Below are positions 1-13,599 of a stretch of 64,000 bases of DNA, piece by piece. Each line of letters starts with the position of its first letter. Position 1 is the stretch's first letter. The notes below the pieces were generated by a model that did not search any database, was not told the DNA's origin, and saw only the letters and a program-made list of their open reading frames with translations. The stretch spans positions 9,394,741 through 9,458,740 of the forward strand of contig OZ037768.1 in NCBI GenBank assembly GCA_964035545.1. The letters run 5' to 3'. Made by a program: the position numbers and the translations under genes. This stretch comes from Bugula neritina (Eukaryota; Animalia; Bryozoa).

Positions 1-2503
1 CTCTACTCCATACGCCTGCAAACAGAAGGCACACACAGCTTAACTTAAACTTCAATAGAGTATTTTTAACGGGCAATCTGGCGCACTCCGTTAGATATAA
101 TTTTCTATCTGACACAGAAAGGTTATTCAGTAAATAGTTGACTTCAACATCACACTGAGGAAGTTTATTGGCTGTAATATAAACCATCACTTTTTTAAAA
201 AAAAAAGATACATTACTTTCTTTTTTAATATAAGGAATGAGGGCATTTTTTAAAAATATTTATAACTAAAAATTAGTTTAACCATAACAAATGCAGCACA
301 ATTGTTGCTACTAATTTTAATCAAGCATAAACCTGTTGATTACTCAATGTTTTAAAAATCAATCCTATTGAAGCCTAGCAGTCTTAAGAGGCAACCTTTC
401 TGGTTGTTACTAAAGTAATATACTTGACAAGGTATAGGTAAACTGGGAGTAAAGCTAAGTAGTCTAATTGGAGAGTTGGCCATACACAATATAAGGGTGA
501 ATGTACATGCAAATTCAGTTAGGAACAGCTTACTAACACTTTTGTAATAATCTCTGTATGTGACGTCCTCTCCTCTTTTCTGAAATGTGTTGGTTGGGTG
601 AATATTCCATGCAATGTCATCAATCCGGTAGGTCTTGTCGTTATACCTAACACATACCCAAAATACTAGGGAACCATATACATTAAATACTCTGAATTAT
701 GAATATTATTGTAATTACAGAATATTTTTGGGCACAATTGTTTATGGAGACTAATGAAAAGAGTAGTTACAGCCCAACGAAAACATGTATCAGCCGACTA
801 AAACTTGCTCAAAAATGCTAGAATTAAATTTCCCAATTATAACATGAGATGTTTTAATTGATGAGTTGAGCATACAATTGCATCATTTAAAAGAAAAAAA
901 CAATAAAATCCTATTGCTTAATTTTAACCTATAATATCGACAAATTACATGAAAATTACATGAAGTCGTTTATTTATTATGTGTAAATAGCTAACATTAT
1001 ACTAATACTAATTATACGAATAACAGAGAAGTAGGAAAGTTTAAAATACCTGGTCATAACGATCTCTCCAACCAACTGCTTCGTGGCCAAGTCTTTGAGA
1101 CGATTAAAGTCTTGGCCACAATTATTGTAGATAAGGTAAAGAGTGTCTAGTACAGAGTCGGTTCTCAGCACCTTGTGGGAGATGTCCAAGTTCAGGAGGA
1201 TTTGTTCTTCATACTGAAGAATTGAGGTTTTGAAGCCTGGCCATATTTCTAGGCTAAAAAAATTAAAAATAAACAATATAAATATTCCCAGTAAAAGCTC
1301 AATTTCACATCGATACACAAGTTGATAAAACACAACTCACTTGTGATTTCGAAGCACCACAGCACCCTTAGGGGAAAAGTACGCCCGCTGAACTTCTTTC
1401 ATTTCAAGATCAGCAAGAATCTGTCGCATCATCACATTGTAGACGTGAAGTCGAGTTTCTGAATAGGGGGCGAGTTCCGAGACTCGCTTGATGCTTACTC
1501 TAATCCTCTCATCATCATACTTCCGGGTCGCAACAAACTCTGTAACCTGAAGACCCAAGAATCCAGTCACAGTATTTTGCAAAATTCACAGTGAAGGTGA
1601 GCTTGTGATTATTTGCATGTAATAGAATACGGAGAAGAGATGGTATTTACCTCATCAGCCAATTTGGTGGCAGAATACAAATGCATTCCATCAAAAAGAT
1701 AGAATCGGAACATTCGATCAGCATGCTCGCCAACAAGGCCTTTTCTCAACTTCCTGCTGTCTATAGGTGGATCAAACTCGCACACATACTGATAGAGCTG
1801 CCAGTCTTTATTTTTTGCTTCAATTGCGTAGTAGTTGGTTTTGAGGGGTAGTGGCCGACCTGAGGTTCCTGTAAAGAGATCAAAACATTTTATCAAGTTT
1901 ATTACAACTAGCTAAACATGGACAATGTTGAGGCACAGCCACTTCTAATGACATACCCTTTTTATCAGTAATATGAGCTGGTTTAGTTTCAGGATCTCTG
2001 TATGAGACCACTCTCCTCTCTCTCCTAGCGTCCCCTGTTCCCAGACTGAGCTGAGCCATGCCAGTTACTGGTAGATTAGCCACTCCAGCACCAGGCCTGT
2101 TTTCTCCTCGAGCACCACCCCTGCTAGAGGCTCTCCCAGCGCCATTACCATTACTGCCATTAGCGACAGGCTCACCACCAGCAATGGGCTGCAAATATAA
2201 ATTCAAAAATTGAACAGCTCCAACAAATATTTTACTCACTCATCTATTGTATACCAAGAACTGTGCATGCAAGAGCAATAAACTATTAATCAGTATAATG
2301 AATGTTGTCACAATGCATAATGTATTATCAATTAAATAACAATAACATAAACTAATTAGCAGTACCTGAGCAGGAACTTGCTGTCCTTGCGGTGCAGGTG
2401 CAGGCCCTGTCCCTGGACGCCTCGGTGGAGCAGCGCTAGATCCAGCACTAGGGGGAGCTCCTCTTCCACGGGCTACGCCTCTTCCTCGAGCTCTTCCAGT
2501 CAT
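1..2503 (-). CDS. piwi: Piwi-family Argonaute, N-terminal half (runs off the window start)
   Basis: Coding exons 2503-2366, 2188-1957, 1868-1651, 1546-1341, 1253-1050, 646-538, 15-1; all GT-AG and phase-compatible. MTGRARGRG start with RG repeats, [39 protein letters not shown] entry [17 protein letters not shown]. Paralogue (PIWIL1-like) not certain. Confidence 0.95.
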
Positions 2504-3540
2504 TTTCTCACTAAATTATAATCTACAATTGAATCATATTACGATAGTGTTTATCTAAAAATAGCATGTAGTACATAAATGTCTATCTATTCTTACCATT
2601 ACCATTAGAGTGAATGTTAATGCTGGCAATTGAAATTATTATAATTATAGTACTAATACTAAAATCAATACATTCATGATTCATAAGTCTTTTTTGAAAG
2701 TTTTAGTTCAAGACATTTGAAAATAAAAGTTCAATTGGCAATCAAAATAACAAAATTAAGCCTGCTTATACTTATAACAGTGCACTTTATTTAAAGTAGT
2801 GGCTGGTAGCAACTCCAAAAGAGCAAACATTGTATTCAAGCAGAAAATTATAACAAAATAGTGAGGGGTGAGCATTTCCCATCAGCTATTCAGATGGCAT
2901 CACACTCTCAGCCAGCCCCAATAGATACAGGGCAGTGATTTCAAGAATTAATTATGAGATGTTGACAACCACACTAATATTCATGACACTTGGGTTTAGT
3001 GCTCATCAATATATGACAGCTGTTTAAATAGATGGTAGTGCTCATTCACCATGTTTGAATAAAACCCTTGATTGGCCCCATCGAATAAATTTGAGGAGAA
3101 GATTTATGCTGGGTGTATTATGCATAACTCACACTACTCTAAGCAACTTTCTCAATGATTACATTTACTGATTACATCTACTCCTACAGTGAGTTTCAGT
3201 TTACTGTTATAAAAGACCAATATAATTATTAAAGCAGAATCAACTAATGTTAAATTTTAATTCACTTTAAAATAATAATTGCTATTCAATATAAATTACT
3301 ATTAGTCTAAGATGATTACTATTATCACAGCATTAGGTCAATGTCAATAAGTGAATGTCAATGTGTTAAAACAATTTCATACTGGTCCTACCATGCCTAT
3401 TATTGACAAGTTCAGATTAATTCAATGTAGTCTTATATCCACCCTATTAATCACTGTTGAGAACAAAAGAGGTTGTTCACTGACAAAATTGCCCTAATTA
3501 GTTGGACTACAAAAGTGAGAGTGTATAACTTATATTTATA

Positions 3541-4002
3541 CATTGGGAAAACAAAAGTAATTGCAATTAATTATTTTAACTTCTAACTAAAATTATAATT
3601 GATAAATATTTATGTAATTGCAATTAATTAAATTCATGTTTTTATTTGTTAAGATTTTGTAAAGATGACCAATTATTATGTAGCTTGTTGTCACCTGGCT
3701 TTTAAAGCCTAGTTTTTATGTGTTTTGAAATGCAATTCTAGCTGCACATTTTCTTCTGTAACTGCAAAACTACTGCAGCTATGACATTATATTATATATA
3801 GTTTTAATCAGAAGGAATGTGCCGATCACTTGAAAGAATTTTTAGTAATCATGGTCGAAAGTAAAAAACATTTGACCGTCCTACATTAGCTATGTACGTA
3901 ATTCCAATTACATTTTTATACACCAATCACAAATTACATGCAATTATTTGAAAAAAATGTTATTAATTACAAACAATTACAAATTACAATTACCCCAACC
4001 CT
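3541..4002. mobile_element. Degenerate non-autonomous DNA transposon (hAT-like)
   Basis: Right end CCCCAACCCTA preceded by clustered AATTAC repeats, mirrored by GTAATT repeats at the left; left terminus decayed, no TSD found. Confidence 0.35.
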
Positions 4003-4119
4003 AAAATGGGCAACGACTAATCACTAACCTAAATTTTTAAAGACTAAATCTATTTACATGGTTCAAATCCACGTAAAACTAGACATAAAAGCTACAAAAT
4101 TTCTCATAATATGGTTAAT

Positions 4120-5200
4120 ATAATTACGATAGTCTATAAGTATAGGCAATATGAATATCATTATGGCAAGTTGATGCCACATTCGAACTACTACTACTGA
4201 GTATCACTATCAGTATGAAACATGAGTAATAATAACCAACAGTCACACACTATTTTAAACTTTAGGTTTAGCAAAACTAACATATAACTCATAACCATAA
4301 AAGTCTAAGACCTTGAGCACTTTCCTGCATAATGATAATAAAAACATTATCAATTATAATAATGATAATTTTACAGTCACATTTTGACTTAGTCTTAATC
4401 ACTTACAGTTAGTGTTACCGAGTTACACTTACAGGAGTTACACTTACAGCGAAAATACTTAGGCTAATTGTATTTACTGCAAGTATAAAACTAAAAGTAA
4501 ATGTAGCTGTAACTATAACTAAGTCTAAGTGTAAGACTAATAGTAATAGTAACAAGTGTATCATTAACATAACTCAGTAAGTTACTGAGTAACTGTAACT
4601 CAAGCTGAAGCTGCAAGACTAAGTCAAAGTGTACCTGTGAGTCATTGCCAGTAAGTCACTTAGTCTTACAGTTATTCTTAGTCTTACTCATAAATTTAGT
4701 CTTACTCTGTGAATTAGTAGCTCAAACTGTAGGTGCAACTTTTCAAATTTAAAGGTAATCTTAGAATGAAACACCTAACGTTAAAGAATAATTATAAAAA
4801 ATGCTAGTGGTAGTAAAAACAAGTTTATAGTCTGACGGCAACTCCATACTCTTAGTCGCAGCCATAGCATCTAGCTCATTTGGCCATAGGCATACTGATA
4901 CTGATAGTCATAATGATAATCTTAATCATAAAGCTAAACTTAAACTAAACTCTAAAAACTTAGACAGAGATGAGATTTGTTCATTTAAGACTAACACAAA
5001 CTAAAACTCTTAGTCGTACTCCAAATTCAGGTATAATTATAACATAATGATAAACAATAAATATAATAATTATAATAATAATAATAAGTATTAACAATAA
5101 TATAATTATTAATTATATTTATAAATATTATAATTATTTTTAACAACATAACTCATAAACGATAAAGTTAAACATTAAGTTTAACATAATCATAAAGTTT
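4120..5200. repeat. (ANWNTN)n hexamer-lattice tract, piwi intron 1
   Basis: AGTATC ACTATC AGTATG (4200-4217); ATACTG ATACTG ATAGTC ATAATG ATAATC (4892-4921); weaker patches near 2590-2690 and 3290-3370. Boundaries approximate. Confidence 0.75.
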
Positions 5201-5333
5201 CAAAAATAAATTACACACGAACTGATTTCTTAACAGTTTACAGAACTCTTTGCAGTAATAAACATCCAATAATTAACAACAAAAAACACAACCGAAAGAG
5301 AATTTCAAAATGTGCATACGAGCGTCTTGACAC

Positions 5334-5400
5334 GCTTACCTGAATGGTCGACTCCTGCAAAAATGGCGTCAAGTTTTGGTTGCGCACGCACAACACAAGA
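5334..5400 (-). promoter_or_regulatory. Putative non-coding first exon/promoter of piwi
   Basis: Minus-strand donor CAG|GTAAGC at 5340/5339, matching acceptor TGTAG| at 2523/2522 just upstream of the ATG; local CpG-rich patch; YY1-type motif AAAATGGCG at 5360-5368. Confidence 0.6.
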
Positions 5401-6264
5401 TCTTGCAGCAATGCAACAATCCAAAGTGAACTTTAACCCTTTGAGACAATTATATAACCACCATTGTTCAATTTACTACGTGGTTGACCACTGCTTTCGT
5501 GGTAAAGCCATAAAATGTTGTGATTGGCTAAGATATACAGATGACCCCCTCCCCCACTCAAAACCAATTACACTTTAGCTGAGACAAATCTAAATGCTTT
5601 TTTTCTAGATACTTGAAAATAAAGCAGTAATAGACACATTATTAATAATGATTTGTGCCTTTGCTGGTTTTTAATTTTTTTCTAAGCTTAATGCAGATGT
5701 ATAGTTAATGTAGTTGCAGCCAGTCAAGATAAAACATAATAATAAATTAGTCATAATTTTTAAATAAATGCAACTTTGTGGTTAAAATTATTTTAGTCAT
5801 GTACACCAAGGAGCTAAGCTTATTGCAAACTGACTACTAGACAGATAATATTATAACAAACTTTAATGAACTTTAGGACACCAAATGCTTTATTGGTGAT
5901 ATCAAGTCTTCAGTAATATTTGATTCCCTACAAAACAGATATAGATTATTTTAGAAATAGTATAACATTAATGAAGGAATCTAAAATCCTGTGTTGTAGA
6001 TGAGACAGATTTAAAAGATTTATATTCTCAAGAGACCTTTTAAATGCACACCAACATAAATTTATACAGAAAATAGAATGGGTCACCCCTGTGTGACTTT
6101 GTTAAAAGTATTATACTACTTAAAATAATAAATGAATGATCCCTGTCACCACTGAGTTATCAAACAGCAGTGCTGGTAATGTATTGTAGAGGCAGCATTT
6201 CAAGGCCCATACTAATACCATAATATAGTATATCTTTACATCACATAAAAGCATCCATTAAGTC

Positions 6265-6795
6265 TAAGGCTGTCCAACAGGCTGCACCAGCCTATATTTA
6301 TGTAGCCCTCAAAGGCATAAAACTAAAATTATTTTTCACAGTATACATGAATTGGAGTTAAAAACGGTTTCATCCCAGATATCTGTTCAAACAAGAAGCA
6401 AAAAATATGTAAAATTAATATTTTCATTAAGATCATAGAAATTTATTTTTGTGCGAAATACGTGATTTATTTAAATATACATATATTTAAATAGTATTTA
6501 AATAAATTGCACATAAAATATATATTGTACCAAAATAAAAAATAGCGTCTAACTGGGAAGCGTCTATCTGGGATGACACCTTAAAAACCACCTTTTAAAT
6601 GTCTTATTTATACACAACATGCTGTACCTATGCATTAACTGTTGGGACTTTAATGTGTAATGATTCATAAAAATTTTGAATAAAATAATTTGAAAAATAC
6701 TGCTGCTCTGGCCCCCAGCAAAAGCTAAAGTTTACAATGTGGCCTTAAATATTCCCTTTCAGTGGCACTTGATCTGAAAAGGTTGGACACCCCTC
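6265..6795. mobile_element. Old hAT-like MITE relic hosting the element at 6366-6580
   Basis: Imperfect TIRs TAAGGCTGTCCAAC / GTTGGACACCCCTC (11 of 14 match); no TSD recovered. Confidence 0.4.
6366..6580. mobile_element. 215-bp MITE, Merlin-like
   Basis: 16-bp TIRs GGTTTCATCCCAGATA / TATCTGGGATGACACC (1 mismatch); perfect 8-bp TSD TTAAAAAC at 6358-6365 and 6581-6588; GG..CC termini with 8-bp TSD fit Merlin. Confidence 0.7.
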
Positions 6796-7439
6796 CCTGA
6801 TTTAGTCACTAGAACCATACTCTTGCCGTCTCTAAGGTCATAATTGTTTACTCAGAAGGAGGTCTGCTATAGTATTTAGAATTTAACTTTTAAATTATTA
6901 TCCTGTTTGACACAACCCTTTCATTACCTGTGTCTGCTTTCTTGTACTCCTAGACCATACAAGTGAGCATTGAGTATGCTAGTGCGAAATAATGGGAATC
7001 ATAAGCCACTAAGTAAATATTTTGTAACCTTTTATAGCTAGAAACAACATAATAGTATTAGGCATAACTTTAGCAAAGTGCAACTTTGTGATGGAAAATA
7101 ATTGGGTCATGTGTGCATTCTACTTTTCTTTTTCTGTCTTCTTAAGTTCTACTGAGCTGAAGTAAATCACAAAATAGATAATTTAGAAGTTGATAAAAAA
7201 GTTGTTAAGATAGCCAAGATATATATGTGGAAGTATTACTATGGCTATAAAGCTATTAGATAGCTTTACTGCTGGCTCCTTCAAAACACAGAAAGCTAGT
7301 AGCTATGGACAGCTTGCATTGAAGCATTGAATAGCCCTGTAGCCCACCATAATATATATATTATTATAGCAGAGCCATAGTTGGGCATTTGTGACTGAGA
7401 TATTTCATTTGATATGACGTATATGACATCCAGTAATAA

Positions 7440-7762
7440 GTGGCACAGTTGATAGTGGCACAGTTGATAGTGGCACAGTTGATAGTGGCACAGTTGATAG
7501 TGGCACAGTTGAGAGTGGCACAGTTGAGAGTGGCACAGTTGAGAGTGGCACAGTTGAGAGTGGCACAGTTGAGAGTGGCACAGTTGAGAGTGGCACAGTT
7601 GAGAGTGGCACAGTTGAGAGTGGCACAGTTGAGAGTGGCACAGTTGAGAGTGGCACAGTTGAGAGTGGCACAGTTGAGAGTGGCACAGTTGAGAGTGGCA
7701 CAGTTGAGAGTGGCACAGTTGAGAGTGGCACAGTTGAGAGTGGCACAGTTGAGAGTGGCACA
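7440..7762. repeat. 15-bp minisatellite, 21 units plus a partial
   Basis: 4 x GTGGCACAGTTGATA followed by 17 x GTGGCACAGTTGAGA. Confidence 0.98.
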
Positions 7763-10363
7763 AATGGAAAAGTAGGTAAAATGTCACACTTATGTCAAAT
7801 ATTCTCAAATTCAAGCTCATACCAATATATTGGTGACCGTCTATCTGGGGGTCGTCTATTTGAGCTTGAAAAGAGCACCTTTTGCTTGCTTATTCAATTT
7901 CAGATAAAACCTATAGACATTTTGTTGGTCATTTAAAGAGGTCAAAAAACTTTGAATAATTAAGCTGACTAATGGGTGGCAATGGCTACACAGTAAAGTA
8001 CATAATATAAAGTAGTAGTCAGCTGTGTGTACAGGTAAGACATTTCAGAACTCTTGTTCCTTGTTATGTAACTACATGTGATTATTTTTAGGAGCTTAAG
8101 TTATGTAAATGTGATTATGTTAAACTCTTCATAATCTGTTTATTGTTGTTATGTAATAAAACTCATTTAGTGTGTAACCACAAGTACTTCCCAACGTCAT
8201 ATGATTGTTCTAGATTCTAGTGCATATAATATAATATGCTTGTTTACACTTACTTAATTTGTTAAAACACTAACTGTTTGTACCAGCTTACATACAGGCA
8301 TAAAGAAGACCCATGGCTGTATATTCTGTAGTAGCTAATATTCTGCTATATGTATTTTATACTGTGTACACTTTTTGAACCTGCAGTATAATGAACCTAC
8401 AACACGGTGCACTTACTATCTGAAGTGAAGCTAGATGGGTAGAAAAATAAACAGAAACCTCAACAACAATATGTGAGGAATAACCAAATGTAAAGTAATT
8501 AATTGAAGACCTCACCTCATTGTTAAAAGGATTGTGTGCAACATATTTTGTGTATTATGTTATATATTGCAAGTTTTAAATTTTTAACAAATTATGGGTT
8601 TTGTTTGTCAAATATAAATTTATCCATAACACAATTGACATCTTGCTTTTATTTTGATCAACAGCCAACAAGTTTTTGTTTTGTGACTTGGGTAATTGAC
8701 AAAAATATACACCAGTAAAGTTGGTTCTAGACTATGTTATACAACAAATTTTCATTTATAAAACATAAACATTTTAGTATGCTCTGCTAAAATTTGAAAA
8801 GTTGCTTGATCTTCAGATATATGAAGAATGATTTAAATTTAAAACTATTAAAACCATCTAATTTAGTTGCGGTTAGAGCTTTCAACAAATAGTAATATAT
8901 AATTATTATCATTACCATACCATGAAGTTTGAAGTTGGGACATAACTCTAAACGCCAGATCCCCCTCCCCCAACTACTGGACAGCTCATCCATTTACAAC
9001 TCGGAGCTGCTTAAAGAACCATTTTTGTATTTAATGCTATAGTTAGAGGATTTATAAGCAATTATTTGTATTACATGGACTGTTGGTAGTTTTCCCCACT
9101 ATGTTTTTCAAATATGCCTGTAGCATAATATTATTATAATAAATGTTTTGAGTTTGTCAAGTTTTCAACAATTTTGTTTTAACTAACTGTTTTAAGATGT
9201 TATAAGGATATTAGATTGCAAATATTAGATGTTATGAGACATTAGATTGCAGTCATTTTTCAGTATAATAGCTGATTTATTTATAAATTCAAAATGTTTA
9301 TAACTTGGGTTATGATTATTTGCATAAAACCGTGCCTATAGCAAGTTCCATGTCCTACCCTGTTGAATACGCAGGCTCTTTTATTGGAAGTAGTTGAGTA
9401 TTATTGGGTGTTTGTGATGTTCACTATGACATCATAAATTGAATGAAAAATCCATTGCATTATGCTGGATGTGTGCATTAATCATAAACTATATGGTGTG
9501 TCTTTCAACAACAATGCTACACTTATTCAACATTCATCAGAACCCACAACTAATTCATAACTCAATTTTACTGAAAAATTGAAAAGTAGAATAGTGTCCA
9601 AGTGCACAGCTTAGCTGAAGAATTTATCAGTGAGGTTTGTATTTGAAATGGTTGATAAGTCTTGCACAAGCTCATGGTGTATATTATTAAAGTTGGACAA
9701 AACATTGACAATGTTAAATTGGTACTGCAAGTGGTCCTATATATTATCTCATATGTAATGCAAAAGAAACAAAATTTGTGCATTCTGTTGTTAGTGCAAT
9801 AGTAGCCTATAACTTTTATACAAAAAATGAATGTATAAACACAATTGATCAGAGTCTCTACTACACATCCATTATATTTAATTGTCACTATAACCACCAT
9901 TCTCTAATAATAAGGTATAACATATAAAGGTAAAAGTTTTACAATACTAGTGAAATAAAATCAAATAGATTACTCAATTTGAGCTTTGAATCAACTAGTA
10001 AGAACAGAATAATTTCAACCACAGTGACAGATTCTATAAATTAGCAACACCATTTCAAAAAATGTCATAGTATAAAAATTTATTTGCAAATTTTAAAATG
10101 ATGAAAGAGAATATATAGCCATCAACAAAACTATTTAAAATTACTGAACTTTTGAAGGAGTGATTGTATGGTGCATCACAAGAATAGATGTATAAAACAA
10201 TCATTTGAATTTACATGATAAAACTTCATACATAATGGTTAAATAAAGTGGCAACTAATTTTATTTAGAAGTTAGGTATAGTGAATACTTAAAATACTTC
10301 AAATATTACGTAAACTTTTAAACTACTTTAGAAAAATACATTTCAAAATCTATGAAGTAGCAG

Positions 10364-11353
10364 TTACATGGTGAATGATGTGTATCCATTCTTACTCATC
10401 CACAACTTCAATTGACTAGGAAAATCGGTCATGATTCCCATTGCTCCGCATTTAGCTGCTCTTTCCCATTGCTCTTCCGTATTTAAAACAAACATAATCG
10501 TTGGAACTCCACGTTTGCGGAGATGAGTGATCAACTTCTCATTTGTGAAAAAATAATCCAATATTCGCAACAAATGATTGACATATGGACGCCATTTAGA
10601 GTATATTGGAACAACATCTATATACTTTAGACCAATTTCAAACATTGGTATTTCAAAGCAATCAGCATAGACAGGAACAAAAGGGAGCAAGCCAGTGCAG
10701 TATAAAAACAATGTCATTATTACCTCTACACCAGAATAATATAATAATATATTGGTATTTAAAGCTCTGACACTTGTCATAATGGCAGATGAGCTATTGC
10801 CCCACAAGGTGCGATCTTCTCTTTGATATTTCTTCACAAGTTCCGCAACCGAAGAAATTAATTTCAAATTGTGAGTTTTTATATCAATATTGATTAGCAT
10901 GGCAGGATATTTTTTGAACAAATCTTCCAACAAAAGGATTTTTCTTTCACTTTCAGGAACTTGTTTTGTTAAATGATGGCCTTTCATAAATGCTAATTGC
11001 TGGGTGCATAAAAGAGGTGGTAAGTCATAAAAATTTGTCTCACTGATAAGGACGTCTTCTCCACACAATCGCAACAAGTTATTATCATGCGCAATAACTA
11101 CATAGTTATCTTTGGTCATTTGACAGTCGATTTCAAACATATCTGTACCTAGAGCTGCCGCATAATCAAAAGCCTTCATGGTATTTTCCAAATTCTCCCC
11201 AGCACCACCTCTGTGACTGACATGCAAACACAAGGCTCTTTTGTCTTGTGCCAGTTTTCTTCTTCTTGGTTTGTGAAGAATTTCTGGCTTCAGTCGTAAA
11301 ACATATGAGAGTGTGCAGTAACAGCCAAGCACTAGAGTGACAGCAAACCACAT
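10364..11353 (-). CDS. GDPD1: Glycerophosphodiester phosphodiesterase, GDPD1/GDPD3-like lysophospholipase D; single coding exon
   Basis: N-terminal TM segment, SHRGGAGENLENT, EIDCQMTKD..VIAHD, INIDIK, GIMTDFP. First in-frame ATG at 11353; 5'UTR acceptor at 11406/11405. Confidence 0.92.
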   Translation of the reverse strand: MWFAVTLVLGCYCTLSYVLRLKPEILHKPRRRKLAQDKRALCLHVSHRGGAGENLENTMKAFDYAAALGTDMFEIDCQMTKDNYVVIAHDNNLLRLCGEDVLISETNFYDLPPLLCTQQLAFMKGHHLTKQVPESERKILLLEDLFKKYPAMLINIDIKTHNLKLISSVAELVKKYQREDRTLWGNSSSAIMTSVRALNTNILLYYSGVEVIMTLFLYCTGLLPFVPVYADCFEIPMFEIGLKYIDVVPIYSKWRPYVNHLLRILDYFFTNEKLITHLRKRGVPTIMFVLNTEEQWERAAKCGAMGIMTDFPSQLKLWMSKNGYTSFTM

Positions 11354-13239
11354 TCTTGTATTCTTTGAATTGTTCAGATGACCCAATGTGTTACTTCACA
11401 AATATCTAAAGCAACACAAAACGTTAGATACCAACATGTCCTTTTTAGTTTTATGTAATATAGACTATTATTTTTATGAGTTCTAAAGTTCTAAAGAAGT
11501 GCTGGCATAGATTCTACACAACTAAAAATAATGCATTTCTAGTAAAATTTTAATAAGCAAAATATAGAGCAACTTTTTATGAATGGTTTAGATTCTAGAA
11601 AAATTTGAAATTTTTCTCAGTTTAAGCAAAATTTTTAAATATATGTATATTGAGAGCTACTCAATAAATATTAATATTGATATAGATGTTAATAGGACAA
11701 ATAAAAGATCTGCTAGTTCAGGGGTTTACTAAAAATAGCATAAAAACAGAAATTACAAACAAAAATCACAAGGAGCACCTAGTATATATACTTTTTTAAT
11801 TTTATGAAGCAAATACATAACTGTCAAAATTTTCTACCCAATATTGATAATATTCCAATAAGCACGCAGTTACAGACCACCTCATAAACACCCGCAAATA
11901 TTGTTACACGGCTTTATGCTGCAACTTAAAATAAGTGTATTGTACTAAATGAAAGCTACCAATGTGTAGTTATACTACCCAGCTGCCATCGTGTTTTTAT
12001 ACTTGGTAACAATATCAAGTTTTAATGCTTCTTGTTCTGTTGCTAGTAGACTAGTTGAAAAAAAATTAACTGAAGCTCTTCAAAATCTTGGCATTATGTT
12101 TAAAATATTTCAAATGATTTCCTTAGTTATCCTTTTTCATAATCTGTAAGTTTTAATAACTGACTAATATAAAATAGTGGCAACTAAAAACTGAAATTAT
12201 TTTATTTTCACCTTGACTATGACTATAACTAAATTAATAATTATTATGACTACATCATCATAAAAATTATTTTAATGATAACTTAAAATAGTACCAACAT
12301 AATATAAATTTTGGGTTTGCACTTTTGCAGCAACAATTCACTTAGCAATGTGGAGTGAAAATTTATATCAATACATTACTGGCCAACCACAAATGAAAGG
12401 TAGAAGAGCCAGTTTACTAGGAGTTTTCTTTATTACTGCACAAGCCTAAGGTATTTCTCAAACCTACACAGTATATTGGCCAAGTTTAGCTGTGCATGCA
12501 GAATTCGAGCTATGACAGCCAAAAACACTCTTACTCAGTAGTAAAGCACAATGATAACATTGACACAAATGGTAGATCCTTTGACGCTGCACCAACCTTC
12601 GAACGCAGGACAACCATGTGTAAGTTGGATAAAACTGAGAAACTATTAAGCAAAATGCAACAGACATATCATTAAGCTGCACTAAAATTGAGCAATGACC
12701 CTAATCTAAGAGCTCAAAGCTTTCAGAAGAGAAAACTCAAAATAACTAGAAGAGAACAAGATTCATCTAAAAAATCTAGGTGAATAAAATGACAATGCAG
12801 AAAATAAAATAAAATCGGATTACAAAAACTAAATGCTATTCTGTGTGACACTACTGAAGATCAATCCTGTAAAGATCAGTGGATCCGAAACACTCTCTAA
12901 CTAAAAGCAACTGCTTCAGATCCTATAGACAACTACTGTAGGTCTCACTGAACTGATAAAGAGTCACTAAATTGAAAATCTTCAGGACCTGATGAGAAAC
13001 TAAATCTACTTGTTGATGTAATGATGTCATTAGTGTGCCTGAAACACATATTCAAAGCCTCAATTGATTATGAAAAGCTGCTCACACAGTGAAAGCCAAC
13101 GCAAAATGATGGAGCACATTACACTTTACTTTAAGAACCAAAAGCTGAATAATTTTCTCTACAACAGGCAAAATGAATCGCAAAGAGGTATATATCTGTG
13201 CTACTTATCATGAGCAGCAAAGACTAAAGAAGCAATAAA

Positions 13240-13560
13240 TACTTGACTTTTGACAAAATGCCTCATGCTCTACTGGTGCATAAACTGAATTTAATACCTC
13301 AAATATACTTATAACGTGTGAGCTGAATCTAAAATTTTTTGAAGCACAGAAAACAAAAAATAGTTAACAAAGAGCAACCTTCCTTGAAGCTAAAGGTAAC
13401 TTCAGGGTTCTCAAAGGCTTCAGTTAGGAGCCATCACTATTTCTAATATAAATCCATGATATTCCTATAAAATTCAACTGTAATGCAAATCTTTATGTTG
13501 ATGATACAGCACTATATTAGCCTGTTAACATTAAACAAGACACTGCTTTTATTGAATAAG
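13240..13560 (+). mobile_element. Decayed non-LTR retrotransposon RT fragment (may extend left to about 12300)
   Basis: Broken translation TFDKMPHALLVHKL ... PSLFLI*IHDIP ... NLYVDDTAL matches LINE RT motifs KAFD, PLLFLIYIND, YADD. Confidence 0.75.
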
Positions 13561-13599
13561 CACTAGGTCTGCTGCCTGAGATGAGCTAAGATCTGTATA

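Noticed and set aside
7296-7820. Repetitive ORFs (HSQLC, VPLST, AQLRV) and possible CRISPR-like array
   Set aside because: Translations of a stop-free 15-bp minisatellite; no spacers, eukaryotic context.
11354-11386. N-terminal extension of the GDPD ORF from TTG
   Set aside because: ORF-finder alternative start; first ATG at 11353 gives the expected TM-first protein.
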